Shown: positions 48,701-58,521 of the stretch, piece after piece
How positions within the stretch are numbered: position 1 is the stretch's first letter
Layout: the number at the start of each line of letters is the position of its first letter
Origin: a virus
DNA length: 64,000 nt
IMG/VR virus record: IMGVR_UViG_3300050343_000182
Direction: 5' to 3' (one strand)
Position numbers and translations under genes: made by a program
The notes under the pieces: generated by a model
Databases searched by the model: none
Told to the model about the DNA's origin: nothing
What the model saw: the letters and a program-made list of their open reading frames with translations, nothing else

Positions 48701-51700
48701 CGCATCCTTTGCAAATGATGCTGATGCTCAACTGAGAGTTGCTGGTGGTGTTGGTATTGTCCAAGACCTGCATGTTGGTGATGACTTCTACGTTGGTAAG
48801 GTTGCCACTAATGATAACGTTGAATTCTCTATCCTTGGCGAGTCTGGTTACACAACCATTGGTCGTGTTGGACAGGGTAACGCTACTGATGGTGCAATCC
48901 TTGTCCATGGTTACGCTACATTCAACGAGCAATTTACGATCAATGGTCCTCTGACCACTATTGGTGATGCAAATACTGATGTCTTGACAGTCAACGCTGT
49001 CTCTACATTCACCGATAACGTTACTATTAATGGTGACTTTGATATCGATGGCAATGCCATTATCGAAGGAAACTTGACAGTTAACGGAGTTACGACTACA
49101 GTTAATAGCACAGTAGTGACGTTGGATGATCCTGTCATTACTTTAGGTGGGGACACTGCTCCTACCCAGTCGGATGCTAAAGATCGTGGTGTCGAATTCC
49201 GATACTACGACTCGACTGCTCGTGTTGGTTTCTTCGGTTGGGATGTGAGTGCTGCAAGATATGCTCTCTATCACAACGCAACCAACTCCAGTGAAGCATT
49301 CAGTGGATCAAGATCAGGTCTTGACGCTGGATCTATTAAACTATTTGATACAACCAATGCAACTAGCGCATCTTCTGGTACTCTTATCGTTGGTGGCGGT
49401 GTTGGCATCGGTCTCGATCTTTATGTGGGAGATGATCTCGTTGTTACCGACGATGGATCTTTCGGGGGTAACGTTGACATCACTGGCACTCTGGATGTCA
49501 CCGATGACTTCGCAGTCTCCACTGTATTTACAGTAGATGCACAGACTGGTAATACATTTGCTAACGGCACATTCAATGTCAATGGTAATGCACAGATTGG
49601 TAACCAGTCAGGTGACTCTCACACTGTTAACGGCACAGTCCAGTTTAACCAAGCACTGACTGCTGCTGAGAGACTTAATATTCGCGACCTTAAGGTCGGC
49701 ACAGATGCTGCTAACGAGATCGGCACCTCTTCAGGTAACCTGATTCTTGATTCAGCAGCTGGCACAGTCAATATCACAGACAATGCTGACGTAGATGGAG
49801 ACTTAAATGTTGACGGCAATACTCAAATCGATGGCACTCTTACTGTTGATGGTAATGCTACTATTGGCAACCAGGCAGGAGATAACCACATCGTTACTGG
49901 CACGGTTACATTTAACCAAGCAATCACCAGTACTGACATCACCGCCGACGCGATCCAGATCGGGGTCGATGCTAACAATGAGATTAGTACCACAACTGGT
50001 AACCTCATTCTCGACTCCGCTGACGGAAAGGTCCACATTACAGACAACGCCGAGGTTGATGGCAACCTTCAGGTAGATAGCAACACAACTCTGGGTGATG
50101 CTTCTGGCGACACTCTGACAGTCAATGCAACGTCAACCTTTAACGCTCCTATTACTTCTACAGACATTACTGCTGATGCTGTAAGAATTGGTGTTGCTGC
50201 TTCTAACGAGATTGACACCACTGCTGGTAACCTTGTCCTTGACTCTGCTGGTGGATCAGTAGACATCACTGATAATGCTACAGTCAGTGGCACTCTGGTC
50301 GTATCTGATCAGGTTACTGTCAATGACACTCTACTTATTGATGCTACTAACGAAAACTTTGTCATCAGATCTTCTCTGGTTGACAGATTCACTGTTGACA
50401 CTGACAACGGTAACACCTTTATTGCTGGCACAACTCAGATCGAAGGTCTGCTAACTGTCAATGATAACATTGATCACAATGGCAATCAGGATACTTCTGG
50501 CACATTAACTGTCGGTGGTCGCACCGAGTTGAATGGTATTGTAGATGTTGATGCTGACTTCGCTGTCCGCTCTGGCACTACTGATAAGTTTACTGTTACC
50601 TCTGCAACTGGTAACTTCGCTACTGTTGGTAACGGTAGTATCACAGGCACGTTGGCAGTCACTAACACTGCTGCATTTGCTGAGAAGGTTACACTCAGTG
50701 CTAATGAAACCGCTAATCGTCTGACTGCTAACGCAGCACTGATGGTTCCTAACGGTGGTATTGCAGTCTACGAAGATTCTTACTTCGGTCAAGATGTATT
50801 CATCGGACCTGACCAGAATGAAACCATCACCTTATTCGGTGCTACAGGTAACATCACTGCAGACGGCACAATCACCTCTTCCGTAGTTGCTGCTACTACA
50901 GCAAACATTGCTACCGTCAACACGACTTCTAACGTTAACGTTGGTGGATCGATCCTTGTTAACACTAATAAGTTTATCGTCCAAGGATCAACAGGTAACG
51001 TTACTGTTGCTGGCACCCTAGACGTTGCGGGTAGAGCAATCATTGATGATACTCTGCAAGTTACACAGAATGTTGACTTTGATTCTGATCTGAATGTTGA
51101 TGGTGATCAGCAACTAGACGGCACGCTGACTGTCGATAGCACCTCATTGTTTAAGGACAACGTGGTCCTCCGTGGTGCTACTAAGACTCTCAAGTTGCAG
51201 AATGGCAGCGGCACTGACAAGATTACACTTAACTCCACTTCAGGTAACGCTGAGATCACTGGTCTTGGCACCCTTGGAAGTCTTGACGTAACAAACAACA
51301 CCACCATGGGTGGCACGTTGGGTGTTACTGGTCAGATTACTGGTAACGTTACTGGTGACCTGACAGGTACTGCAGACAAGTCAAATCTGGTTGATGTTAC
51401 TGAGACAGCAACTTCTAACCTTACTTACTTCCCCACATTTGTTTCTGCAACGTCTGGACATACTGAGGTCCGCACAGACTCCAGTAACCTTACCTACAAC
51501 CCAAGCACTAACACACTTCAGGTTACTAACTTCAAGTCAGTAACTGACTTTGAGATTCAGGGTAACTTGAATGTTACTGGTGCTTTGACCTTCTTCCAGT
51601 CACAGGTTGGTAGTATTGCTAACCATGACACTGATGCATTAACAGAAGGCACCAGCAACCTCTACTTCACTGATGAGAGAGTCGATGACAGAGTTAACGC

Positions 51701-52808
51701 TCTGATCACAGGTGGCACTGGTATCACTGCTACATATGATGATGCAGGTAATATCCTGACACTGAGTGCAACTCAGGGTGACATCAACACCGACAACATC
51801 ACAGAAGGATCTACTGCCCTATTCACCACTGCTGCACGCACAAGGTCACACTTCACGTATGGCACTGGTATTACACATAGTAGTGGCACCCTATCTGTTA
51901 CCCAATCTGATATTGATACTGATAATGTCACAGAAGGATCCACAAACATCTTCTTTACTGAGTCTCGCGCTAGGGGTGCATTTAGTGCTGGTGGTGACCT
52001 GTCTTATAACGCTAGCACTGGCGCGTTTAGTGTAACCACATTTACGACTGCTAATGCTCGTGGCGCTGTAAGTGCTGGTGGCGATCTGTCTTATAACGGT
52101 AGCACTGGCGTCTTCTCTTATACCACACCTGACTCGGATGGTATTACTGAGGGAAGCACCAATCTTTATCACACTTCTGGTCGTGTTGATACTCGTATCG
52201 CACTTCAAGTTGGTGCAAACCTTGACCTGTCTAATCAGGACACTGGTGATCTGGCAGAGGGCACTAACCTCTACTACACCAACGCTCGTGCTGATGCTCG
52301 TGCCTCAGCAGCCATCACCGCTTTGGGTCTTGGATCTGCTGCTACAACAGCATCTACTGATTATGCAACTGCTGCACAGGGCGCACTCGCTGCTTCTGCT
52401 ACTCAACCAGGAGATCTAGGCACTGCTGCTACTACTGCTGCAACTGATTATGCCACTGCCGCCCAAGGCACACTTGCTGCCTCTGCTACACAACCAGGAG
52501 ATCTGGCAACTGTAGCAACCAGTGGTTCTTACAATGATCTTACTAACCTGCCTTCGCTCTTCTCTGGAGCATACGCTGATCTGACTGGCAAACCTACATT
52601 ATTCTCTGGTGCATATGCTGACCTGACTGGCAAACCTACTCTGGGTACTGCTGCTGCAACTGCTTCTACTGATTATGCTACTGCTGCACAAGGCACAACT
52701 GCTGACTCTGCACTACAAGCAGAGACTATTACCCTCACAACTCTCAAGTCCGTCGCCGCGGCTGCTGCTGATTTCGCAGCATTCCAGGCTGCAATCGCTG
52801 CTCTCTGA
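45771..52808 (+). CDS. long tail fibre protein (2345 aa)
   Basis: Mtd-type N-terminus MANRIQLRRD...NPILAQGELGIEIDTSRIKIGDGVTAWNSL; beta-rich repeats; repeated TxxxxEGxxNLYxTxxR motifs; Ala/Thr-rich C-terminus. Confidence 0.85.
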   Translation: MANRIQLRRDGAQQWANVNPILAQGELGIEIDTSRIKIGDGVTAWNSLRYERPIETESNTANTLVKRDADGNFEAGAITASLVGNSATATRLANARQIALGGDMSGAGTFDGSSNLTITAELNYVVALPHYDENDLAATGTYTRITVDSRGRIIDAETPGTLAEYGIGDAQPLDSDLTSLADMAGFGFISRQAEGTLVNRTITGGSGRVIVNNGNAQTNNPFIDLADTTVVVGKYNTLNSMDPLVNPLISATTGEETVNTVNFQVDRYGRLVYANTSPIATATEGAKDGTSFTNYDNATAYPRFSKVIATNGRVYQAAIRDIGSGLGEPSHNIQGGDADDQGGWRDLGTDTVEQKGLASFDQEDFNVDANGHVTIAANAIENSQLQSLGHLMFTDQNATETFELDPERTTDNAYHGITKLNHINVNNRTGGSVFRIVGYDTGEYPFQPGVLGQGNSYPAIAADDANGNGSATSGSSLTGLVDVNLDATISGNITLDVTKADQFIKRTSGNLEIALEVNEATNRSMDINVTNAGSGDATLNITSDQDITIAVTDVDHRVNIEDFHIQDNVISTTNAIMVLDPNDDDDLTGTVRIRGDLTVDGVTTTVNSTVVTIQDPIMTLGGEDTLLTDDNKDRGIEFRYYDSQERFGFYGWDEDYADSNIWSGTGGYRFLYNATNASEVYSGTDAPIIAGNLRLTTDTSSTWKTPTTGTLVVTGGTGISENLNVGGTTHLNGNVEIDGTVDIDANFAVRNNTTDKFTIESATGNTVIEGTLDIQLETEITDNLILTADNKEFIIRTAGSVNKFTVDSDNGNTDVQGTLHVVQGVDFDSTLNVDSNVTFNAELDVDDDVVFHNDFLMDVTGKYFTITNGSNQTFRILSTNGNTDIEGSLNVGGVNTFERTNNITIGETDSDITLSSGGNATFAGGVNMDKDLRVGGDIYLADRLVVKDAGTARTRPSLLNNVDVLYRTYLGGGTAHNASFANDADAQLRVAGGVGIVQDLHVGDDFYVGKVATNDNVEFSILGESGYTTIGRVGQGNATDGAILVHGYATFNEQFTINGPLTTIGDANTDVLTVNAVSTFTDNVTINGDFDIDGNAIIEGNLTVNGVTTTVNSTVVTLDDPVITLGGDTAPTQSDAKDRGVEFRYYDSTARVGFFGWDVSAARYALYHNATNSSEAFSGSRSGLDAGSIKLFDTTNATSASSGTLIVGGGVGIGLDLYVGDDLVVTDDGSFGGNVDITGTLDVTDDFAVSTVFTVDAQTGNTFANGTFNVNGNAQIGNQSGDSHTVNGTVQFNQALTAAERLNIRDLKVGTDAANEIGTSSGNLILDSAAGTVNITDNADVDGDLNVDGNTQIDGTLTVDGNATIGNQAGDNHIVTGTVTFNQAITSTDITADAIQIGVDANNEISTTTGNLILDSADGKVHITDNAEVDGNLQVDSNTTLGDASGDTLTVNATSTFNAPITSTDITADAVRIGVAASNEIDTTAGNLVLDSAGGSVDITDNATVSGTLVVSDQVTVNDTLLIDATNENFVIRSSLVDRFTVDTDNGNTFIAGTTQIEGLLTVNDNIDHNGNQDTSGTLTVGGRTELNGIVDVDADFAVRSGTTDKFTVTSATGNFATVGNGSITGTLAVTNTAAFAEKVTLSANETANRLTANAALMVPNGGIAVYEDSYFGQDVFIGPDQNETITLFGATGNITADGTITSSVVAATTANIATVNTTSNVNVGGSILVNTNKFIVQGSTGNVTVAGTLDVAGRAIIDDTLQVTQNVDFDSDLNVDGDQQLDGTLTVDSTSLFKDNVVLRGATKTLKLQNGSGTDKITLNSTSGNAEITGLGTLGSLDVTNNTTMGGTLGVTGQITGNVTGDLTGTADKSNLVDVTETATSNLTYFPTFVSATSGHTEVRTDSSNLTYNPSTNTLQVTNFKSVTDFEIQGNLNVTGALTFFQSQVGSIANHDTDALTEGTSNLYFTDERVDDRVNALITGGTGITATYDDAGNILTLSATQGDINTDNITEGSTALFTTAARTRSHFTYGTGITHSSGTLSVTQSDIDTDNVTEGSTNIFFTESRARGAFSAGGDLSYNASTGAFSVTTFTTANARGAVSAGGDLSYNGSTGVFSYTTPDSDGITEGSTNLYHTSGRVDTRIALQVGANLDLSNQDTGDLAEGTNLYYTNARADARASAAITALGLGSAATTASTDYATAAQGALAASATQPGDLGTAATTAATDYATAAQGTLAASATQPGDLATVATSGSYNDLTNLPSLFSGAYADLTGKPTLFSGAYADLTGKPTLGTAAATASTDYATAAQGTTADSALQAETITLTTLKSVAAAAADFAAFQAAIAAL
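52557..52640 (+). repeat. 2 x 42-nt in-frame tandem repeat (LFSGAYADLTGKPT)
   Basis: Identical 14-aa units with synonymous differences; flanked by about 3 copies of AATxASTDYATAAQG. Confidence 0.85.
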
Positions 52809-52814
52809 TAACAA

Positions 52815-53615
52815 ATGGCAAAACCTACTTCCAAAGCAGAATTAAAGGAGTATTGCCTCCGTAGACTGGGTAAACCAGTCTTGGAGATTAATGTCTCTGA
52901 CGATCAGGTCGATGATGCTATCGATTACACTCTGCAAAAATTCCAACAGTTTCATTATGATGGATGTGAAAAAGTTTATCTGAAACATCTGTTGACACAG
53001 GATGTCATCGACAGAGCAAAGACCAACACAAACTCAACGTCTGATGGTGGTAATGACATCTGGGCAGAGGCAAATGGGTATATTGAAATGCCCGAGCATA
53101 TTCTTTCAGTAGAAGGTCTCTTCGGTTTCACCGATAAGGGCACCAGGAATATGTTTGATATTCGTTATCAGATGAGACTGAATGATCTGTATGACTTCAC
53201 GTCTACTCAGTTCTATAATTACTACATGGTCCAGCAGCACCTGGAAACTATTGACTTCCTGTTGGAAGGCATGAAACCAGTTAGATATAGTGCTGTGCAA
53301 GACAGATTGTATATTGACTTTGATTGGAGAGCAGATGCTTTGGTTGGTCAGTATATTGTTATCCACGCATATCGTGCTCTGAATCCAGACACATGGACTG
53401 AGATTTACGATCAGATGTGGGTCAAGGATTATGCTTCCGCTAAGATTAAAAAGCAATGGGGAAGCAATATGACTAAATTTACTGGAGTGCAAATGCCAGG
53501 TGGTGTGTCTCTAAATGGTGAGATGATTTATAACGATGCTGTAGATGAGCTCAAGACACTAGAAGAGCAACTACGTACAGAATGGGAATTACCACCTCTA
53601 GATATGATCGGATAA
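52815..53615 (+). CDS. g13: neck protein gp13
   Basis: LKEYCLRRLGKPVLEINV...QQFHYDG and QWGSNMTKFTGVQMPGGVSLNG. Confidence 0.93.
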   Translation: MAKPTSKAELKEYCLRRLGKPVLEINVSDDQVDDAIDYTLQKFQQFHYDGCEKVYLKHLLTQDVIDRAKTNTNSTSDGGNDIWAEANGYIEMPEHILSVEGLFGFTDKGTRNMFDIRYQMRLNDLYDFTSTQFYNYYMVQQHLETIDFLLEGMKPVRYSAVQDRLYIDFDWRADALVGQYIVIHAYRALNPDTWTEIYDQMWVKDYASAKIKKQWGSNMTKFTGVQMPGGVSLNGEMIYNDAVDELKTLEEQLRTEWELPPLDMIG

Positions 53616-53616
53616 G

Positions 53617-54498
53617 ATGGCTACTAACAGTTACTTTAGTCAAGGCACAACAGGAGAGCAAGATCTCGTAGGAGATCTAGTGGTCGAGCAGATCAAGATG
53701 TTCGGTAAGGATGTTTACTATGTCCCGAGGACGTTGGTTAATGAAGATACTGTTTTTGGAGAAGATACCTTATCAAAATTTGATGGTGCATATCTTCTAG
53801 AAGCATACATCGAAGATGCCAATGGGTTTCGTGGCGATGGTGACATGTTTAGCAAATTCGGAGTCAGAATCTCCGACCAAGTTACATTCATTATTTCACG
53901 CACTAGGTTTACTGAAGTAGTAGACGACAACCACACACTTATAGTAGAAGGACGACCCAATGAAGGTGACCTCATTCATTTCCCCCTTGCTAACAAAACT
54001 TTTGAGATCCAATTCGTCGAGCATGAAATTCCCTTCTATCAACTCGGAAAGATTCATGTCTGGGGTTTACGTTGTGAGCTCTTTGAATACTCTGACGAAG
54101 ACTTCGATACAGGAGTCGCAGAAGTCGATGCTATCGAGCTCAACTTTGCCAACGCTATCACCGTCACATTATTGGCAGGTGGGTCAGGAGACTTTACCGT
54201 TGGTGAGACTGTTACGGGCGGTACCTCCAACACCACAGCTGATGTTAAATCGTGGGATGCTAGTACTGGTAAGTTAATCGTCATCAATCGTGACGGTAGA
54301 TTTACAATTCCTGAGACCATCACTGGAGATGTGTCTAGTGCATCCTGGACAAGTGCTAATTACAACACCATAAATAATGTGAATACTTCTGACACTATCG
54401 ATACTAACCAAATTATCGAGACACAGGCAGATGGCATTCTGGACTTTACTGAGGTTAATCCCTTCGGTGAGTTTGGTAATTCTGGAGGCACTCTGTAA
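53617..54498 (+). CDS. g14: neck protein gp14
   Basis: EQIKMFGKDVYYVPR, RPNEGDLIHFPL and FEIQFVEHEIPFYQLG...CELFEYS. Confidence 0.93.
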   Translation: MATNSYFSQGTTGEQDLVGDLVVEQIKMFGKDVYYVPRTLVNEDTVFGEDTLSKFDGAYLLEAYIEDANGFRGDGDMFSKFGVRISDQVTFIISRTRFTEVVDDNHTLIVEGRPNEGDLIHFPLANKTFEIQFVEHEIPFYQLGKIHVWGLRCELFEYSDEDFDTGVAEVDAIELNFANAITVTLLAGGSGDFTVGETVTGGTSNTTADVKSWDASTGKLIVINRDGRFTIPETITGDVSSASWTSANYNTINNVNTSDTIDTNQIIETQADGILDFTEVNPFGEFGNSGGTL

Positions 54499-55295
54499 TG
54501 CTAGGCACTTACACATATCACGAAATTATAAGAAAGACAGTTGTCGGATTCGGCACACTGTTTAATAACATTGAGCTTCGTCGCACTAAGGGATCGAAGA
54601 CTGAAGTTATGAAGGTGCCTCTGGCGTATGGTCCTAAGCAAAAATTCTTGGCACGTCTCCGTCAAGTAGGTGACTTGTCTACACAAGATCAGGCACAGAT
54701 CACACTCCCTAGAGTTTCGTTTGAGATCGGTGGTATCTCTTATGATCCTACTAGGAAGTTGTCACCTATCTCTGCGATCAGAAATACTAAGACTGACGGC
54801 ACTAATACAAAGGCATTCATGCCTGTGCCATACAATATCAATTTTGAATTAGCAATCCTTGCAAAGAATCAGGATGACTCTCTGCAAATCCTAGAGCAGA
54901 TTCTTCCATACTTCCAACCAAGTTTTAACCTCACCATGAATCTGGTCCCAGATCTCGGTGAGAAAAGAGACTATCCTGTGACTCTCACATCAGTAGATTA
55001 TAGTGATGAATATGAGGGTGACTATGACACTCGCCGCACACTTGTATATACCCTACAATTCGTCGCTAAGACATACCTGTACGGTCCTGTAGGCGACGCA
55101 AGTGGCGAAGTCATCAAGAAAGTCCAGGTGGACTATGCAACTACTGTGGACCGTCAGGCACCACGGGAATTGCGTTATACCGTCCAACCAGATCCGCTCA
55201 ATGCAGATCCTACAGACGATTTTGGATTCTCCGAGTTCTCATCTCATTATGTCGATGCAAAAGATTACAACCCAGTCACAGGACAAGACGAGTAA
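54498..55295 (+). CDS. g15: tail sheath stabiliser / tail terminator gp15
   Basis: YHEIIRKTVVGFGTLFNNI, KVPLAYGPKQKF and QILEQILPYFQP. Confidence 0.93.
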   Translation: MLGTYTYHEIIRKTVVGFGTLFNNIELRRTKGSKTEVMKVPLAYGPKQKFLARLRQVGDLSTQDQAQITLPRVSFEIGGISYDPTRKLSPISAIRNTKTDGTNTKAFMPVPYNINFELAILAKNQDDSLQILEQILPYFQPSFNLTMNLVPDLGEKRDYPVTLTSVDYSDEYEGDYDTRRTLVYTLQFVAKTYLYGPVGDASGEVIKKVQVDYATTVDRQAPRELRYTVQPDPLNADPTDDFGFSEFSSHYVDAKDYNPVTGQDE

Positions 55296-55704
55296 GTATG
55301 ACGGCATTGAGGAAGCACTCGATGTCGCTAGCGAAATCGTCCCTGAAGCAAAACCCGAACCTATTGTGCCTGTAGAGAATCCCGTCTCTACTCAGGATCA
55401 ACTGAAGAAAGACTATGAGTATACTCGTGGCAATCTATACTCCCTGATTGAAAAAGGTCAGGAAGCAGTAGATGGAATTCTTGAGTTAGCACAACAATCC
55501 GATCAACCTCGTGCGTTTGAGGTTGCTGGTCAATTGATCAAGCACGTTGGCGACGTGGCGGACAAACTCGTAGACCTTCAAAAGAAAGTCAACGATATCG
55601 AAAATCCCAAAAAATCTAAAGAAGTTAACACTACAAACAATACCATGTTTGTAGGTAGCACAGCAGATCTCGCCAAGTTTCTAAAACAACAACGCGATAA
55701 ATAG
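55255..55704 (+). CDS. g16: terminase small subunit gp16 (start uncertain)
   Basis: DYEYTRGNLYSLIEKGQEAVDGILELA...PRAFEVAGQLIK and NNTMFVGSTADL; the track start at 55102 overlaps g15 by about 190 nt and is unlikely. Confidence 0.88.
   Translation: MQKITTQSQDKTSKYDGIEEALDVASEIVPEAKPEPIVPVENPVSTQDQLKKDYEYTRGNLYSLIEKGQEAVDGILELAQQSDQPRAFEVAGQLIKHVGDVADKLVDLQKKVNDIENPKKSKEVNTTNNTMFVGSTADLAKFLKQQRDK
55696..55703 (+). promoter_or_regulatory. T4-type late promoter
   Basis: GATAAATA overlapping the g16 stop. Confidence 0.6.
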
Positions 55705-55727
55705 AATCGTAGGAGTACGTATTAACA

Positions 55728-56261
55728 ATGTCAGTATTAAATGTCATTGACACCCAAACCATTTCTGCAAGTGGCAGTGGCTACGTTGTGGTGAAGTCAG
55801 GTGTCCTCCGCTGCTATGCAGCATCAGCGTCCACTATCAAGATTGATGCTGGTCCTGCCGTAACACTTGCAGCAGGTGAAGCACTGCTCCTGTCTTGCGG
55901 TAAGGCAAAGAATGCACAAATCAACGCGATGACTGATGCAGCAGCTGCTGTTATCACCGTCCTTGGTGGTGGCACCCCCGCACATAAGTTTGCTGTTGGA
56001 GATTATATCGCAACTGAAGCAAATAGTGATGCAGCGTTTACAAGTGATTTTGTATCTGCTGGATCTGGTGGTAAGAAAGTAACTGCGGTTTCAAATACCA
56101 CAATCACTACTGACTATGACAGTAGTGCAGCAAGTGCTGATTATGCCCTGGGTACTGCAAAGGTTGCAGCAGGCACTGTCCCCGCACTTAAGCGTGCAGT
56201 TAAACTCACTGCTGGAGGAGCCGACGTTGTAGTCGAGCAAGTCCAAGTGGTTGGTGGTTGA
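55728..56261 (+). CDS. hypothetical, probably structural beta-rich protein
   Basis: ORF track; late promoter upstream; Ala/Gly/Thr-rich. Confidence 0.75.
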   Translation: MSVLNVIDTQTISASGSGYVVVKSGVLRCYAASASTIKIDAGPAVTLAAGEALLLSCGKAKNAQINAMTDAAAAVITVLGGGTPAHKFAVGDYIATEANSDAAFTSDFVSAGSGGKKVTAVSNTTITTDYDSSAASADYALGTAKVAAGTVPALKRAVKLTAGGADVVVEQVQVVGG

Positions 56262-56288
56262 TCACACTAATTAAATACAGAGAAGCAC

Positions 56289-58403
56289 ATGAAATCCTTT
56301 TCACAAATCGCTGCCCTCAGTGAGGAAGACTACGACAAGATGAAAGACCGCCAACTAGAGCGTGGTGGTATGGGAGCTCGTAGTAGTAAAGCACCTATTG
56401 GTAAACCAAATACGTTTGGTAAGAAACCTGCAGGTAAAACTCCTCTACAGAAAGATGCAGATAAGAAGTATGGTGCTGGCACCTCTGCAATAGACAGAGT
56501 AAAGGCAGACATCACTGCTAAGTATGGCAAGGGTGCCATCATGAAGACTAAGAAAGAAGAGACTGACCTGGGAGAAGGTAAGAAAGGTCTCTGGGACAAC
56601 ATTCATGCCAAGCGTAAGCGTGGTGAAGCACCTGCTAAGAAAGGATCTAAGGACTATCCTAAGACTCTCGAAGTGGAAGGTTATGCTCCTGGTGACGTTG
56701 ACCAGAAGGTTGGCGCAGTAACTGCTATTCCTAAGAAGGATCAGGATGATGCAAAGGCACGCATCCTTGCTAAGACTAAGGCAAAGAGAGCTGCCAAACT
56801 ACAGAAAGAAAGTGTCTTCGATCAAGTTGACATCTTTGCTGAGTTGAATGATTGGGAGGTCTCACTCCTTAGCGATACTCTTATTGAAGAGATCGTGGCA
56901 GAAGTCTTCGTTGAGGAGATGGCAGAAGGTAGAGATATTGATCACGTCACAGAGATGCTCTGTGAGTCTGTTGACTATTCACTGAGTTTACTCACTGAGG
57001 TTACCAGTCCTGCTAAGGTCAATGCTCTTCGCTTGAAGGACAAAGCATCTGCTGCTTCTGGTGAAGGACAAAGTGCTGGCAAGGATGCTGGTGCTGAAGC
57101 AAGGAGTCGTATCGGAAGTGGTTCTTCATCTAGATCCGATAAACTTGCCAAGGTTAAGAGTGCTGCTCAGAAGGTTGGGTCTGCACTGAAGTCTGGTCTT
57201 AAGACTGGCGCTAAACTGGCACGCAAAGGTGCTGTCAAGGGTGCTGAAGTTGCTGGTAAGGCAGCAGGACACGCGAAAAATCTCGCGAAAGACATGGGTA
57301 GTGCCGCTAAGAGTGGTTACAAGTCCACCCAATCGTCTTCCCCTTCTAAGGATTCTGAGACTACCTCTTCTAATCCCACTACGTCATCTTCTGATTCTTC
57401 CTCTAGCAGCAGTGACTCCTCTTCTAGCAGCAGCGATTCAGGTCCTAAGAAGCCTGGTCTGCTCAGCAGAATTGGTAGCAAACTGAAGCGTGGTATTAAG
57501 AAAGCAGTTGGTGCTGGTGCGAGATCCCTTTCCCGTGGTGCTCGTGGAGTAGCACGCAGAATGGGTGAATCTGTTATTGTCGAGCGTGGTGACCATTGGC
57601 ATCCAGATCCTGAGCAGGATCGTAAGTTGGGTGGTCCTGGTGCTAATGCTCGTGCTCGTGAAGATCGTGCTGATGCAGCAAAACCTAAGACAGATCCTAA
57701 GAAACTGAAGAAGGGTGAGTCCTACATGGACTACTCCAAGCGTCAGAAGGCAGCAAGGTCTGGCACTGCTACTAGCAGATTGAATAAGTTGGGTGCTAAC
57801 ATCAAACCCAAAGAGCGTAAGCGCGACAAGATCGGTAAGGCAATCGGTAAAGCACTCGATAAGATCGGTGGTATCAAGCGTGAGGAAGTGACTACACTTT
57901 CATTCAGTGCATTCCTTGCAGAAGGTAATGCTACTGGTCGCATGATGCAGAAGTCAAAGACTCAGGTTACTGGACACATCAGTGCTGATAGAGGGTCTGA
58001 CGAAAAAAAGAACCGTGCGGGTCGTAAAGGACTCGAAAAGGATCTAAAGAAGCATGGCATCGGACACAAGAAAGGTGTCGGTGAGTATAAGTATGACAGT
58101 GGAGAAACTGGACGCGAAGTGTCCTATCAGACCTCAAAACCTGATAAGATGAGTAAGCGCAGATTCGGTAAAGTTATGCGTCGCATGGGACGCAAGCACG
58201 GGCAAGAATCCGTGATCACCAAGGACAAGGACAAGTCTGCTAAACTTCACTATACTGAGAAGGGCAGTAAGGCAAAGTCTGATTCTATTGGTAAGACCAA
58301 AGCAGGCAAACATCCCGAAGGGTATGGCGAAACCTCTGGCACCAAAGCTAGAAGTGGCAAACTACCTAAGAAAACTACTAAAGGAGCTTATCATTATGGC
58401 TGA
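56289..58403 (+). CDS. putative internal head (poly)protein, Lys/Arg-rich blocks separated by acidic spacers
   Basis: N-terminus MKSFSQIAALSEE; internal SFSAFLAE; TTAAATA at 56271 upstream; Ser-rich linker near 57385-57440. Confidence 0.6.
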   Translation: MKSFSQIAALSEEDYDKMKDRQLERGGMGARSSKAPIGKPNTFGKKPAGKTPLQKDADKKYGAGTSAIDRVKADITAKYGKGAIMKTKKEETDLGEGKKGLWDNIHAKRKRGEAPAKKGSKDYPKTLEVEGYAPGDVDQKVGAVTAIPKKDQDDAKARILAKTKAKRAAKLQKESVFDQVDIFAELNDWEVSLLSDTLIEEIVAEVFVEEMAEGRDIDHVTEMLCESVDYSLSLLTEVTSPAKVNALRLKDKASAASGEGQSAGKDAGAEARSRIGSGSSSRSDKLAKVKSAAQKVGSALKSGLKTGAKLARKGAVKGAEVAGKAAGHAKNLAKDMGSAAKSGYKSTQSSSPSKDSETTSSNPTTSSSDSSSSSSDSSSSSSDSGPKKPGLLSRIGSKLKRGIKKAVGAGARSLSRGARGVARRMGESVIVERGDHWHPDPEQDRKLGGPGANARAREDRADAAKPKTDPKKLKKGESYMDYSKRQKAARSGTATSRLNKLGANIKPKERKRDKIGKAIGKALDKIGGIKREEVTTLSFSAFLAEGNATGRMMQKSKTQVTGHISADRGSDEKKNRAGRKGLEKDLKKHGIGHKKGVGEYKYDSGETGREVSYQTSKPDKMSKRRFGKVMRRMGRKHGQESVITKDKDKSAKLHYTEKGSKAKSDSIGKTKAGKHPEGYGETSGTKARSGKLPKKTTKGAYHYG

Positions 58404-58521
58404 AACTAAGAAGTGTCGTTACTGTGGCATCACGGTGCCTGTTGGACACCAGCGTCCTAAGACGTGGTTAGAAAAGCATGAGAAGAATTGTGCTAACAAC
58501 CCTGACAATGTAGAAGAATGA
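58396..58521 (+). CDS. C2HC zinc-finger-like micro-protein (41 aa)
   Basis: AAGGAG RBS; CRYC-x17-H-x3-C-x-NNP. Confidence 0.7.
   Translation: MAETKKCRYCGITVPVGHQRPKTWLEKHEKNCANNPDNVEE

Noticed and set aside
10265-52419. Numerous 60-150-aa alternative-frame + and - ORFs inside g7, g8, the VrlC-like gene and the fibre gene
   Set aside because: Shadow ORFs with Leu/Val/Met-rich compositional artefacts and no independent signals.
52330-52710. Tandem repeats as a possible CRISPR array or DGR template
   Set aside because: In-frame protein repeats with synonymous variation and no unique spacers; no adenine-specific mismatch pattern and no RT gene in the window.
55102-55254. N-terminal extension of gp16 in the ORF track
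   Set aside because: Overlaps g15 by about 190 nt, and gp16-like sequence begins only near SKYDGIEE.
57385-57440. AGCAGCAG/TCT-rich low-complexity DNA
   Set aside because: Encodes a poly-Ser linker (SSDSSSSSSDSSSSSSDS) in the 704-aa protein; no separate function evident.
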